A DNA stretch of 64,000 nt from positions 480,001 to 544,000 of the forward strand of contig CAVYGB010000002.1 in assembly GCA_963767925.1 (NCBI GenBank). Direction: 5' to 3'. A model generated the notes under the pieces. The model did no database searches, had not been told where the DNA came from, and was given only the letters and a program-made list of their open reading frames with translations. The position numbers and the translations under genes are program-made. Of this stretch, positions 53,499 through 63,069 are shown piece by piece (position 1 is the stretch's first letter; each line of letters begins with the position of its first letter). The DNA is from an uncultured delta proteobacterium (lineage in GTDB: Bacteria > Myxococcota_A > Polyangia > Fen-1088).

Positions 53499-54587
53499 TC
53501 AGGGCTGGCGACGGCGGACGACGCTGGGGACCTGGCGCAGGATGGCCTGGCGGGTGGGGCGGGCGGCGGCGGCCAGGCGGGCTTCCTCTTTCATCAGGCG
53601 GCGGAAGGCGGCGTCGTCGAGGCCGGCGCGGGCCATCCAGGCGGCGGCGTCCTCCTCGGAGGTGAGGCCCTGCGCCCGGCGGAACGCCGAGGTGGCCGCC
53701 TCCACCTCGGCCTCGTCGGGGGCGGGATGGGGCAGCAGGAGGCCGAGGGCGCGTTCGGTCGCCTCGCGCAGCACGCCGGGCAGGGCGTCGGGATCGTCCC
53801 GCTCCAGCTCGGACAGCAGGCGGGCCCCGTCCTCGACCCGGTCGGGGCCGGGATCGGTGCGCTCGACCTGGCGCTCGAGCTCCAGCCAGGCCTCCGTGCG
53901 GGGCAGCTCGAAGGCGGGCGGGGGACCTGGCGCCGGGAAGCCCTGGGCCCGGTCGGCGCCCATCACCTCGAGCAGGTGGCAGGCGTCTTCGGCCTTCACG
54001 TCGACGGCGCGCCCGAAGCCCTCGCCCAGCCAGCGCTCGAAGGCGGCCATGCCGCCCGGGGTGGGGGTGGGCGCGCTGACGACGGCCTGCTCGAGGATCG
54101 CCGGCCAGGTGCGGTGCGGGTGGAACAGCCGCCGCGCGCCGGAGAGCACCGCCGCGGCGTCGTCGCGGCTGAACACCGCCTCGGCGACCGCCTCCGAGCA
54201 GGTGGCGCGCACGTTGACGAGCGCGACGACCGGCGCGGGCGCGCCCGCCACCTCGTCGTCGGCCTCGAGGTGGCCGTCCCGGAACCACTCGAACACCGTC
54301 CCCACCCCGCGCATGCCGAAGGGGGCCAGCTCGACCGCGCGGAGGGCGCCGGTGCCGGCGGCGCCGTAGACGGCGATGCCGCGGGCGAGGGCCCAGAGGA
54401 TCTCCTCGGGGCCGACCGCCAGGCGCGGGTCGGACGCGCCGTCGATGAGGCCGATGGCCTGGGGGGCCTGGCGGGCCGCCCGGTAGAGATCGCCCGGGCC
54501 GGCGGGCGGCAGGAAGATCGCGTCGGGCAGCAGCCGGGCGCCCTCGGCGGCGGCCAGGGTGGGACCGGTGAAGACGACGACGGTCAT
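53499..54587 (-). CDS. tfuA: TfuA-like protein (divergent)
   Basis: VVFTGPTL, GDLY, IGLIDG, EIL.AL, GALRA.EL..FGM.GVG, DDEVA and LVNVRAT; ATGA overlap with ycaO. Confidence 0.88.
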   Translation of the reverse strand: MTVVVFTGPTLAAAEGARLLPDAIFLPPAGPGDLYRAARQAPQAIGLIDGASDPRLAVGPEEILWALARGIAVYGAAGTGALRAVELAPFGMRGVGTVFEWFRDGHLEADDEVAGAPAPVVALVNVRATCSEAVAEAVFSRDDAAAVLSGARRLFHPHRTWPAILEQAVVSAPTPTPGGMAAFERWLGEGFGRAVDVKAEDACHLLEVMGADRAQGFPAPGPPPAFELPRTEAWLELERQVERTDPGPDRVEDGARLLSELERDDPDALPGVLREATERALGLLLPHPAPDEAEVEAATSAFRRAQGLTSEEDAAAWMARAGLDDAAFRRLMKEEARLAAAARPTRQAILRQVPSVVRRRQP

Positions 54588-55834
54588 GTGCCCAGCTCCT
54601 GCTTCTGGCGGGCCACCCGCGCGCCGGGCTGGTAGCCGGGCAGCTCGCAGAAGGCCTCCAGGCCGGGGACGACGACCCGCACCACCTGGACCGGCAGCTC
54701 GCGGCGGGACAGGTCGACGACGATCACCTCGGGCAGGTCGTGTTCGCCCAGCACCTCGGCGGTCCAGCGCAGGGCCTGGGTGGCGGTGAGAAAGCCGCGC
54801 GAGGGGATCTCCCGGAAGTCCCGGGGCGGCGGCCGCGTCTCCTGCAGCAGCGCCTGGCTGCGGGCGTGGCTCTCGGCGGTGGCGGGGGCCGCGGGCTGGC
54901 GCGGGTGCAGCTCGTCGCGGATGCCGAGCAGGCGGGTCAGGCGGCGCTGGGCCGCTTCACACAGGGCCCGGGCCAGGGCGACGCTGCGGCTGGGGTGGCA
55001 GCCGGCCCCGCGGGCGCTGCCCACCGGGCGGGCGGGGTCGTGCACGCGGTCGAGCGCCAGGCAGAGGAAGCTGGCCACGCCGAGGTCGCTGCTGGTGTCC
55101 CAGACCGCCACGTCGACCTCGGCGTCGCGGTAGGCCTGCAGCAGCGTCCGGCAGGTGTCGTCCTGGACGGTCGCGAGATCGATCCGCCGCTGCCACTGCA
55201 GCAGGCCGGGCAGCCCGAGGAACAGCGTGGTGCCATCGCGCTCGATCAGCTCGTACAGCCCGTGGGCGATGGCCTCGTCGAGGCGGGCGCCGGCGGCGAG
55301 GCCGCCGGGGCTGGCGAGGAAACGGCCGCTGCCTTCGGGGGGCGGCTGGCGCAGGTCGAGCTGCACCGTCTCGAGCGGGAGCCAGCGGAGCTGGCCGTTG
55401 CGCAGCTCGCGCCCCTCGATCCAGAGCAGGCGGTCGTCGGGCGCTGGGGCGGATCCGGGCAGGCGGGCCACCTCGGCCAGCGGCTGGTTGCGCCCGAGCT
55501 CGGCCGCGCTGGCCAGGCGCAGGGGGGCCTCGATCCGCTCGGCGTGCCAGGCCTCGACGGCGTCGAGGATGCCCGAGATCCGGGCCGCGTCGGGGGTGAA
55601 GCCGCGGCCCTGGCTGATGGCGAACGAGCGCGCTTCGGGCCGCACCACCATGACGGTGGGGATGCCGAGGGTGTCGAGGCCGGTGACGTTGGCCAGCCGG
55701 GTGATGCCCAGCGCGGGCAGGTGGGGGCGCAGGTTGGCCAGCAGCGCCGCCGGGCCCAGGGTGCGCAGGTCGGAGGCGTTGACGTCCGGTCCGTCAGAGG
55801 GGCCCGGGTCCCTTGCAGGTTCATCGTCGCGCAC
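54584..55834 (-). CDS. ycaO: TfuA-associated YcaO-like protein (divergent)
   Basis: GITRLANVTGLD.LGIP, SQG.G, ELIERD, G.GCHP, EAAQ.RLT and VVRVVVPGLE. Confidence 0.9.
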   Translation of the reverse strand: MRDDEPARDPGPSDGPDVNASDLRTLGPAALLANLRPHLPALGITRLANVTGLDTLGIPTVMVVRPEARSFAISQGRGFTPDAARISGILDAVEAWHAERIEAPLRLASAAELGRNQPLAEVARLPGSAPAPDDRLLWIEGRELRNGQLRWLPLETVQLDLRQPPPEGSGRFLASPGGLAAGARLDEAIAHGLYELIERDGTTLFLGLPGLLQWQRRIDLATVQDDTCRTLLQAYRDAEVDVAVWDTSSDLGVASFLCLALDRVHDPARPVGSARGAGCHPSRSVALARALCEAAQRRLTRLLGIRDELHPRQPAAPATAESHARSQALLQETRPPPRDFREIPSRGFLTATQALRWTAEVLGEHDLPEVIVVDLSRRELPVQVVRVVVPGLEAFCELPGYQPGARVARQKQELGT

Positions 55835-55896
55835 CGGCAGCCTCCCCTCGGGGAGAGGCTACCGCGCGCGCGCGCATTCGGATAGCGGCTGCGCGC

Positions 55897-57039
55897 TCAG
55901 GGGGTGGTGGCCCAGGGGGCCCACCCGTTCTTCTTGAGCAGGGCGATCCCGCGCTCGGCCCAGAGCTTGTGGCCGGTGAGGTCGTAGTGGTGGCCGTCGA
56001 GCGGGTTGATGGGCAGCCCGTCGCTGGGGATGAGGAGCGAGCGGGAGATGCGCATCGCCAGGCTCTCGAGCTGCGGGATGATCACCCGGCCGGTGCCCGA
56101 GTTGCGCGACAGGCCGCCCTCCGCCTCCTCCCAGTCGCCCACCAGGAAGGGCAGCTCGGGCTCGCCGAGGTCGGTGCGCATGTCGTTGGCCACCCCGACC
56201 ATGCAGTCGGCGAAGCGGCCGTTGTTGGAGCGGTCGTTCACCTCGGAGAGGCCGAGCATCGTCCAGATGCCGGCGAAGGTGACCTTGCCCTTGAGCTCGA
56301 TGGCGGAGTCCATGACGAAGCCGTAGAGCAGGCCGCCCTTGCGGAAGCTGCGGCAGTAGCCGTTGGTGACGCCCGACTGGCCGCGGCCGATCGAGACCAC
56401 GTAGCTGTCGGGCGAAGCGGCCAGCGCCGTCCGCAGGATCGACATCCCGGGCCCCGCGCCCGCGGGCAGGCCCGAGCAGCCGACGCCGCCGCACGAGCTG
56501 GTCATGCTGTCGCCCGAGAGCGGCTCACGGGCCGGGCGGAAGGTGCCGTTGCGGTAGGCCCACAGGCGGGGGTGGGTCTCGAAGCTGAGGGCCCGCAACG
56601 CCTGGGGCGTGGTGGTACGGCCGGCCATGTTCGAGTGGCCGATGTGCAGGAAGACGAGGACCTTCTCCTTGGGCACCTGGGCGCCGCCGATGGTGATGGT
56701 CGCGCCGGAGGGTGGGGGCGCGGGCGGGTTCGGCGCCGCGGGGCCGGCCGCGTCGGGGCCGCTGCCGCCGGTGCCGCCCATCCCGGTGACGGGCGGAGGC
56801 TGCGGCATGGGGACGGGCGCGCTGCCGCCGGCGCCACCGAGGCCGGGGACGGGCGGGGGCGCCGGGGCGGGGGGCATGGGCTCGGGGGCGGGGGCCGGGG
56901 CGGGTCCCGACGGAGGGGAGACGCCGGTCATCGGGGGGCTGGAGGGGGGCTCCTGGGTCTCGGGCTGCGGCATCTCGCTGAGGCCACAGGCGAGGACCAG
57001 CGTCATCGGGACCCCGGCGAAGATTGCTTTACGACTCAT
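55897..57039 (-). CDS. Lipoprotein with SASA/CE6-like (SGNH) carbohydrate esterase domain
   Basis: Lipobox VLAC, Pro/Gly linker, IGHSNMAG, GPG and DGHHY. Confidence 0.75.
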   Translation of the reverse strand: MSRKAIFAGVPMTLVLACGLSEMPQPETQEPPSSPPMTGVSPPSGPAPAPAPEPMPPAPAPPPVPGLGGAGGSAPVPMPQPPPVTGMGGTGGSGPDAAGPAAPNPPAPPPSGATITIGGAQVPKEKVLVFLHIGHSNMAGRTTTPQALRALSFETHPRLWAYRNGTFRPAREPLSGDSMTSSCGGVGCSGLPAGAGPGMSILRTALAASPDSYVVSIGRGQSGVTNGYCRSFRKGGLLYGFVMDSAIELKGKVTFAGIWTMLGLSEVNDRSNNGRFADCMVGVANDMRTDLGEPELPFLVGDWEEAEGGLSRNSGTGRVIIPQLESLAMRISRSLLIPSDGLPINPLDGHHYDLTGHKLWAERGIALLKKNGWAPWATTP

Positions 57040-57243
57040 CGGGCCGCTCCTTTTTGGCGTTGGCGTTCAGAGGGGCTCTTGGATATCACGTATACGGGTT
57101 AGCAGCTCCGGTTCCCGACACGCGACCCAGTTCGGGCCAAGCCATTCTCCAGAACGGGTCACCGCGCCCCGCCACGCCACGCCGGCGCCCCTCGCCCGGC
57201 GCGCAAACGGCCAGCGCCGGCTAGCGGTCAGCTAAGCGGTCAG

Positions 57244-59094
57244 CTAGCGGACGCCGAGGGCCAGATAGGTGATCTGGATCGGGACGATGTCGTTGCCGAG
57301 CCAGCGGAGGGCGAAGCCGCCGGGGCCGAACCCGCCGGCGGTCGCCTCGGCCTCGATCAGGAGGCGGTCCTGGTCGGCCTTGAGGAAGGTGCGCGCGCGG
57401 CTGGTGATCGAGCGGGCGCTCGAGACGATCTGGCCGCTGGTGTCGCTGAGGGTGGTGCAGCCAGTGCGGGTGCCGTCGGAGGCGCCCAGCACGAAGCGGG
57501 CGCTGGCGGTGGGGTCGAGCTGGGCGCGGTCCTCGACGCTGGAGAGGAGGACCAGGCCCGGGCGCAAGCCGACGCCGGTGATCTCCTGGGTCTGGGGGGC
57601 CTGGCCGACCGGCTTGAGGAAGGCGCCGGCGCTGGCGGCGATCCCGCCGAGGGCGAGCGAGATCACCCGGGTGCGCAGCGGGCGGGCGTTGCGGAAGTCG
57701 AGGGAGAAGCCGTCGGCGTCCATCGACCGCAACACGGCGTCGGGGGCCACCACCTCCTGGTCGCGGGCGAGCATGTAGATGGCGGCCTCGGTGCGCTGGA
57801 CCCGCCGCGTGTCGGTGGGCAGGGCGCCGGCGGGGATGGCGATCGCGTTGGCCCACTGTCGCCCCGCGCGGGTCATCACGCCGAGGCCGAAGGAGCCGCC
57901 TTCCATCACCGCGGGGACCGGCGCGGTGAAGCCGAGGCCCACGTGCAGGTTCATCACCACCTCGGGCGGGAAGCCGACCCCCTCGATGGACAGGGCGCCG
58001 TCGGCGACCGGCGTGAGCCAGTCGATCACCCGGGCGGTGACCGCGTCGCCGCCGATGACCACCGCGTGCACGATGTAGGCGGAGGCGTTGCTGGTGCTCC
58101 AGCGCAAGGTGAAGCTGGTGGCGTCCCAGGCCACCAGGTCGGCCGCGGCGGCGGTCGACCCGTCGGCCCGGCCCACGCTGAGGAGGTTGTCGACGATGCG
58201 GCGGCTGGCCTGGCTGGTGACGGCGCCGTCGGCGCTGGCGAAGGCGACGGCGCGGCTGAGGCCGCCGGGCCCCTCGGACATCCCCATCGAGAAGGTGAGG
58301 CCGGCGCCGAAGTCATCGCCGGTGCGGCCCGCCGTCCAGAGCAGGATCGCGCGAGGAGGCGCGCCGAGGGTGTGGCCCACCCGCTGCTCGCTGCCGGCCG
58401 GGCCGGTGCTCTTGGTGAAGGTCCCCATGGTGACGGCGGGGGGGCCGGGCGGCGCACGGTCGGCGGCGGCGTCGGGGGTCGGCGGGGCGACCTCGGGCGC
58501 GCCGGCGTCGGACGGTGCGGGGGCCGGCGGTGGGGGCGCGGCGGCATCGGGCGTGGTCGGCGCGCCGGTGGGCGGGTCCGTGGGGGGCAGGGGGGCAGCG
58601 GCGTCGGCGCTGGTGATCCCGCCGGAGGCGTCGGGCTCGTCGGGGCAGCGGCCGTCGGCGGCGGCGACGGTGGGGCAGGCGTCGACCTCGTCGGGGAGGC
58701 CGTCGCCGTCGCGGTCGGGCAACGGATCGGCGCCGAGGACCACCTCGACGTCGCGGCGGCCGCCGGTGAAGCCGTCGATGCGGGCGATGCCCTGGCTGAT
58801 GGTGCGGTCGCCGATCTTGCCGTAGCCGACCACGCGGCGGGAGCCGAGGCGGCCCGGGGCCAGCTCGATGAAGAGGGTGAAGCGGCCGGCCTGCTGGGCG
58901 GAGAGCTCACCGGCCTCGGGGAGGCGGCGGCGCAAGAGCAGGTGGTTGTCGCCGTCGAGCCACAGCACCTCGAGCGAGGTCGGCGCCTCGCCGGGGCTCA
59001 GCACGGTGAGCAGCACGCCGCTCTGATCGTCGGCGGCGCAGGCCTGCGCGAGCAGAAGGCCGGCCCACGCGACGGGCGACAACCACCGCTTCAT
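57244..59094 (-). CDS. Lipoprotein with TSP3-like Ca-binding motif, Pro linker and threefold-repeated beta domain
   Basis: Lipobox AQAC; DRDGDGLPDEVDACP; repeated G(V/L)G(F/L)xP..V and F(T/S/A)LxW/F motifs. Confidence 0.7.
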   Translation of the reverse strand: MKRWLSPVAWAGLLLAQACAADDQSGVLLTVLSPGEAPTSLEVLWLDGDNHLLLRRRLPEAGELSAQQAGRFTLFIELAPGRLGSRRVVGYGKIGDRTISQGIARIDGFTGGRRDVEVVLGADPLPDRDGDGLPDEVDACPTVAAADGRCPDEPDASGGITSADAAAPLPPTDPPTGAPTTPDAAAPPPPAPAPSDAGAPEVAPPTPDAAADRAPPGPPAVTMGTFTKSTGPAGSEQRVGHTLGAPPRAILLWTAGRTGDDFGAGLTFSMGMSEGPGGLSRAVAFASADGAVTSQASRRIVDNLLSVGRADGSTAAAADLVAWDATSFTLRWSTSNASAYIVHAVVIGGDAVTARVIDWLTPVADGALSIEGVGFPPEVVMNLHVGLGFTAPVPAVMEGGSFGLGVMTRAGRQWANAIAIPAGALPTDTRRVQRTEAAIYMLARDQEVVAPDAVLRSMDADGFSLDFRNARPLRTRVISLALGGIAASAGAFLKPVGQAPQTQEITGVGLRPGLVLLSSVEDRAQLDPTASARFVLGASDGTRTGCTTLSDTSGQIVSSARSITSRARTFLKADQDRLLIEAEATAGGFGPGGFALRWLGNDIVPIQITYLALGVR

Positions 59095-59291
59095 CGGTCG
59101 CGAACCTAACACGCGTGCCGGTGGTCGGCGCCAGCGCTCCCCGACGACACCGCGAATTTGCAGGCCGGAAACCAGGGGGCGCAGGGAGCGGCAACCACCC
59201 GAGTCCCGGGGCCGATCCCGACTCGGGTGGGCACCACCGAGTGAGAGCAGAGCCTCCTTCGATACGCCCACCACGCGCGTGATGGTCCGAG

Positions 59292-59380
59292 GACCCAGCG
59301 GTAGCCGTGGGTCTCCTTGCCGTGGCTGGGGAAACCACTCGGCGATGGAGGCGGCGAGGTAGCCGGCGTCGAACCAGGCG
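59292..59380. repeat. Direct duplicate of 59599-59686
   Basis: 88-89 bp, identical except for one extra A. Confidence 0.9.
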
Positions 59381-59430
59381 GCCGGTGGGATTCAGGGACG
59401 CCCGCGGCCCTGCGCCTCGCGGGGGCGCCG

Positions 59431-60060
59431 TCAGGGGGTGGTGCGGGCGGTGATGTTGCGGGCGAGCAGCGGGTTGTTCTTCGCGGCGGCGGTGGCGCGG
59501 GACCAGTGGCCGTTGGGGGTGCCGGGGCGTTCGCGGGTGATGAGGGCGGCGGCGAGCTCCATCTCGGCGTCGCCGGCGCGGGCGCGCAGGGCGCGCGTGA
59601 CCCAGCGGTAGCCGTGGGTCTCCTTGCCGTGGCTGGGGAACCACTCGGCGATGGAGGCGGCGAGGTAGCCGGCGTCGAACCAGGCGATCGGGTCGGGCTT
59701 GCCAGCCGCCTCGGCGTCGAGCGCGCGGGCCTGCAGGTGGGTGAGCAGCTCGTCGCCGAGGCGGGGCTGGCCCTTCTCCGCGAACAGGCGGGCGTAGATG
59801 GTGGCGCGCCTCATGGTCTCCATGCGCACCAGCACGGGGGTGCTGGGCGCGAGCAGCGCCAGGGTGTCCGCGACCAGGCGGTCGGCCCGGTAGCTGTCGA
59901 GCGGGGCGTGGTGCGACCGCGCGGTGTCGCCCCAGGGCAAGGAGGCGGCGCTGCCGATGTCGTTGGCGTGGCACATGAGGGGCGTGCCGGCGCGGGCGGC
60001 GGCGGGCAGCACCAGGGCGGAGGCGGTGACGAGCAGCGAGACGAGGTGTCGTCGAGTCAT
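59431..60060 (-). CDS. Exported helical hypothetical protein, third gene of the ECF operon
   Basis: Signal peptide ending ARA; A-rich leader with GGGAG RBS. Confidence 0.75.
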   Translation of the reverse strand: MTRRHLVSLLVTASALVLPAAARAGTPLMCHANDIGSAASLPWGDTARSHHAPLDSYRADRLVADTLALLAPSTPVLVRMETMRRATIYARLFAEKGQPRLGDELLTHLQARALDAEAAGKPDPIAWFDAGYLAASIAEWFPSHGKETHGYRWVTRALRARAGDAEMELAAALITRERPGTPNGHWSRATAAAKNNPLLARNITARTTP

Positions 60061-60145
60061 GGGCTCTTCTCCCTTTTTTTTTGCGACGGCCGGCGGAGGT
60101 TGGTCGGGGCCGGTCGGAAGAAGAGACGGGCGGCGGGCGCGGGCG

Positions 60146-61567
60146 TTAACGGGCGGGGTCGCGATCGAGGTCGGCCTTCCAGTGGCGCCACACGGAGATG
60201 GGGCCGAGGTCGAGGCGATCCCAGAGCGCCTCGACGGCGCCGCGGTCCCCGGCCAGTACGCGCGCGGCGGGCACCTCGGCGGCGGCGGGGACCAGCGCCT
60301 GCAGGCGGCGGAGCACGCCCGGGCGGGAGTCGGGGAGCGCGCGCTCGAGCAGGTGCCAGAGGGTGAGGGCATCGCGGGGGCGGGCCTCGGCCAGCAGCGT
60401 GCGGAGCGCGCGGGCCTGATCGCGGCCGGCGCCGCTGGTGTCGAAGGCGGTGAGCGCGCCCTGGAACGACGGCGTGGCGTCCAGGAAGCAGGGGGTGCCC
60501 GGGCCGGTGCGGACCCGGATGGCGCAGGAGGCACCCTGGGGGATGAACGACTCGCGCCCCCCTTGCTGGAAGCCGACCCAGCCGGCCTGCACGGTCACCA
60601 CGCCGTCGCCGTCGCGCCCCACCTCGACGGTGTAGACGCAGCCCAGGTCGACGGCGGTGCCGGCGGGGGTCTCGATGAAGAAGGTCCCCGGCGGGGCGAA
60701 GATGGTCCCGTGGAGCACGCCGCGCGACAGGCGCAGGCGGTGGGCGCGGGCCTCCGTCCCCAGCAGCGTCACGCGCGTGCGCGGATCGATCTGCACGGTC
60801 CCCACGCCCGGGACGTCCAGGCGCGCCCGTGCCCCGTCGTCGGTCTCCAGCGTCTCGCCCACCGCCAGCCGCGCCGGCAGCCCCTCCTGCCCCTCGATCC
60901 GGGGCCGCCCGGTCACGACGGTCAGCCCCCACCCGCCCGGCGCGCCCCCTGCCACCGGCAGGTCCGCCGGCGCGCGCGCCCCCGGCGCCCGCCCCATCCG
61001 CACCCGCAAGGCGATCCCCCCCGCCACCCCCGCCAGCGCGAGCCCCCCCACGAGCAACCGCCGCCGCGCCGGTCGCGCGGTCGAGGTGGGCGCGGGGGAT
61101 GCGGTGGGGTTGTGGGCGGTGCCGGCCGCCCGATCGAACGCGATGGGCTGGGCGCTGCCATCCGCCCGATCGAACGCGGCGGGCTGGGCGCTTCCGTCCG
61201 CCCGATCGAACGCGGCGGTGTGGGCGCTGCCGTCCGCCCCATCGAAGGCGCTGGTGTGGGCGATGCCGTTCGCGTGACGGAGCTCGGCGCCAGGAGAGAC
61301 CAGCGGGGCGTCCGGTGTCTCGGTGTCGGCGATGGACCAGGTGGACGGGCCGGGAAGGCCGGCGGTGCCGTTCGCGTGGTCGAGGTCGGCGGCTCCGGAG
61401 AATAGCGGGGCGTCGAGGGTCTCCACGTCGGCGGTGGCCGCAGTGGAAGCGAGCTCGGGGAGAGGCGGCAGGCGGGCGGTCGCGCGCAAGGGAGCGAGCA
61501 GCCGCTCGAGCCGTTCGATGTCGGGATCGGGCGGGCCCGATCCGTCCCAGAGGTAGTCGTCCTTCAC
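60146..61567 (-). CDS. FecR-family anti-sigma factor with repeat-expanded cytoplasmic linker
   Basis: DYLWDGSG N-terminus, TM, LETD...ARL, F.IETPAG.AVDLGC.Y; GTGA overlap with the sigma gene. Confidence 0.85.
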   Translation of the reverse strand: MKDDYLWDGSGPPDPDIERLERLLAPLRATARLPPLPELASTAATADVETLDAPLFSGAADLDHANGTAGLPGPSTWSIADTETPDAPLVSPGAELRHANGIAHTSAFDGADGSAHTAAFDRADGSAQPAAFDRADGSAQPIAFDRAAGTAHNPTASPAPTSTARPARRRLLVGGLALAGVAGGIALRVRMGRAPGARAPADLPVAGGAPGGWGLTVVTGRPRIEGQEGLPARLAVGETLETDDGARARLDVPGVGTVQIDPRTRVTLLGTEARAHRLRLSRGVLHGTIFAPPGTFFIETPAGTAVDLGCVYTVEVGRDGDGVVTVQAGWVGFQQGGRESFIPQGASCAIRVRTGPGTPCFLDATPSFQGALTAFDTSGAGRDQARALRTLLAEARPRDALTLWHLLERALPDSRPGVLRRLQALVPAAAEVPAARVLAGDRGAVEALWDRLDLGPISVWRHWKADLDRDPAR

Positions 61568-62121
61568 AGCGCACCTCCTGGCCCGGCGGCCAGCCTTTCG
61601 CGGAGCTTCTTCATGCCCCGGTGCAGGTTCACCCGCACCGACTCGGGCGTCAGCCCGGTGCGCGCCGCGATCTCGGGCCCGGTCATCCCCTCGACCAGCC
61701 GGAGCACCAGCGTCTCCCGGTAGGCCAGCGGCAGCTCGTGGATGATCGCCAGCACCGCGTGCGCCTCCACCTCCTCCGCCGCCAGCGCGGGCGCCGCGAC
61801 CTCCTCCTCTGCCCGGGGCCGCACCGCCTGCGCCCGGTGGTGATCCGCCGCCCGATGCCGGGCGATCGCCGCCACCCATCCCCCGAAGGCCGCCCCCTCC
61901 CTCAGCGTCCCGAGCTTGCGCATCGCTCGCAAGAACACGTCCTGCACGAGGTCCTCCACCTCCGCCGGCCCCACCTGCGCGAGCAACACCCCGTGCACCA
62001 TGCGGCCATACCGCTCGTACAGCCGCCCGAACGCCCCCCGGTCCCCCGCCCGCGCCGCATCGACGAGCACCGCATCCGGCTCCGCCCCCCCACCCTCAGG
62101 GGCGCGGACATCCGCCTGCAT
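61564..62121 (-). CDS. ECF sigma-70 factor
   Basis: GDRGAF..LY.RY, EDLVQDVF, FGGW...IAR, LP..YRE.LVLR..EG....EIA and V..NLHRG. Confidence 0.93.
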   Translation of the reverse strand: MQADVRAPEGGGAEPDAVLVDAARAGDRGAFGRLYERYGRMVHGVLLAQVGPAEVEDLVQDVFLRAMRKLGTLREGAAFGGWVAAIARHRAADHHRAQAVRPRAEEEVAAPALAAEEVEAHAVLAIIHELPLAYRETLVLRLVEGMTGPEIAARTGLTPESVRVNLHRGMKKLRERLAAGPGGAL

Positions 62122-62147
62122 GACACCGGCACGCCACACCCCAGAAG

Positions 62148-62173
62148 GACGCCCCACCATCCCGATCCGTTAA
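62148..62173 (-). promoter_or_regulatory. Putative ECF autoregulatory promoter
   Basis: Minus strand TAAC-N17-CGTC, about 27 bp before the ATG. Confidence 0.45.
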
Positions 62174-62281
62174 CCCTTCCCCGCCGCTTCCCCCGCTGGG
62201 TGTGACCCCGGCGGCAGCCCCGACCGCGTCACCGCTCCTGGCGCGACGCCAGGTGGCAAGGCCGTTCGGCAAGACAACCCG

Positions 62282-62331
62282 CTGCCCGTTTGCCCTCGCC
62301 CCGTGGCCGTCTGCAGCCGTGGGGAGAGGGG
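62282..62331. repeat. Family 1 element, degenerate single arm
   Basis: CTGCCCGTTTGCCCTCGCCCCG...GGGGAGAGGG. Confidence 0.55.
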
Positions 62332-62386
62332 ATGGCGCGGCGGTTTTCGGGAAAGGGGGATCTCGCTGCGACTCCGGCGTTGCGCG

Positions 62387-62794
62387 CTAGGTGTCATCGG
62401 TGACGGCGCGCAGGTCGGCGTCGAGATCGCCCTTGTACCCGGGGAGCTTCGGCCAGGCATCGACGCCGTCGCCGCGCCAGCGGGGCAACACGTGCACGTG
62501 GAAGTGACCGACCGACTGCTGCGCCTCCGGCCCGCCGGCGAACAGGACGTTCACCGCCTGCGCCCCCAGACGGGCGCAGAGGCGCCGCGAGACCTCCTGG
62601 GTGGCCAGGAACAGACTCTGCACGAGCTGTTGCCCGACCTCCGGCCAGATCCCCACGTGCCGCACCGGCGCCACGATGGTGTGCCCGCGAACCTGCGGCT
62701 CGATCGAGAAGAACGCAATCGTCGTCTCGTCCCGATACACGATCCTCCCGGGCGCCTCCCCCGAGCTGACCCTACAAAAGATGCACGCACGCAT
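62387..62794 (-). CDS. HIT family hydrolase
   Basis: CIFC, GHT...P..H and QSVGHFHVHVLPR. Confidence 0.92.
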   Translation of the reverse strand: MRACIFCRVSSGEAPGRIVYRDETTIAFFSIEPQVRGHTIVAPVRHVGIWPEVGQQLVQSLFLATQEVSRRLCARLGAQAVNVLFAGGPEAQQSVGHFHVHVLPRWRGDGVDAWPKLPGYKGDLDADLRAVTDDT

Positions 62795-62874
62795 GGTCCA
62801 GTGACTCCCCGGCAATCCCGCCTCGACGCCCATCTTCTCACGCCCCGGGCCGACGATGAAGGGGCATGCGGAGT

Positions 62875-63043
62875 CGCCCGAGATTCTGGCTCACCGGTGT
62901 CCGTTCGCCCCCGCCCCGCGGCAGCGGGGAGATTCCTCGTGACGCCGGAGACGGCCTCACCCCCACTGAAGGAAATGGTGAGATCCGTGATCTGGAGCGG
63001 TTGCGGCCCCATTTCCATAGCAGGGAGGGGTGAGGGGCCTCCG
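62875..63043. repeat. Family 1 composite arm with an 88-bp internal segment
   Basis: 62934-63021 is homologous to 47955-48040 and sits at the same position in the arm. Confidence 0.85.
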
Positions 63044-63069
63044 CTCGAACAGGGACGCTGGCCCCGCCG

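Noticed and set aside
59292..59686. Diversity-generating retroelement TR/VR pair
   Set aside because: The copies differ by one indel, not adenine-specific substitutions, and there is no reverse transcriptase in the window
60061..60082. T-run as an intrinsic terminator
   Set aside because: Better explained as the A-rich leader and RBS of the minus-strand gene starting at 60060
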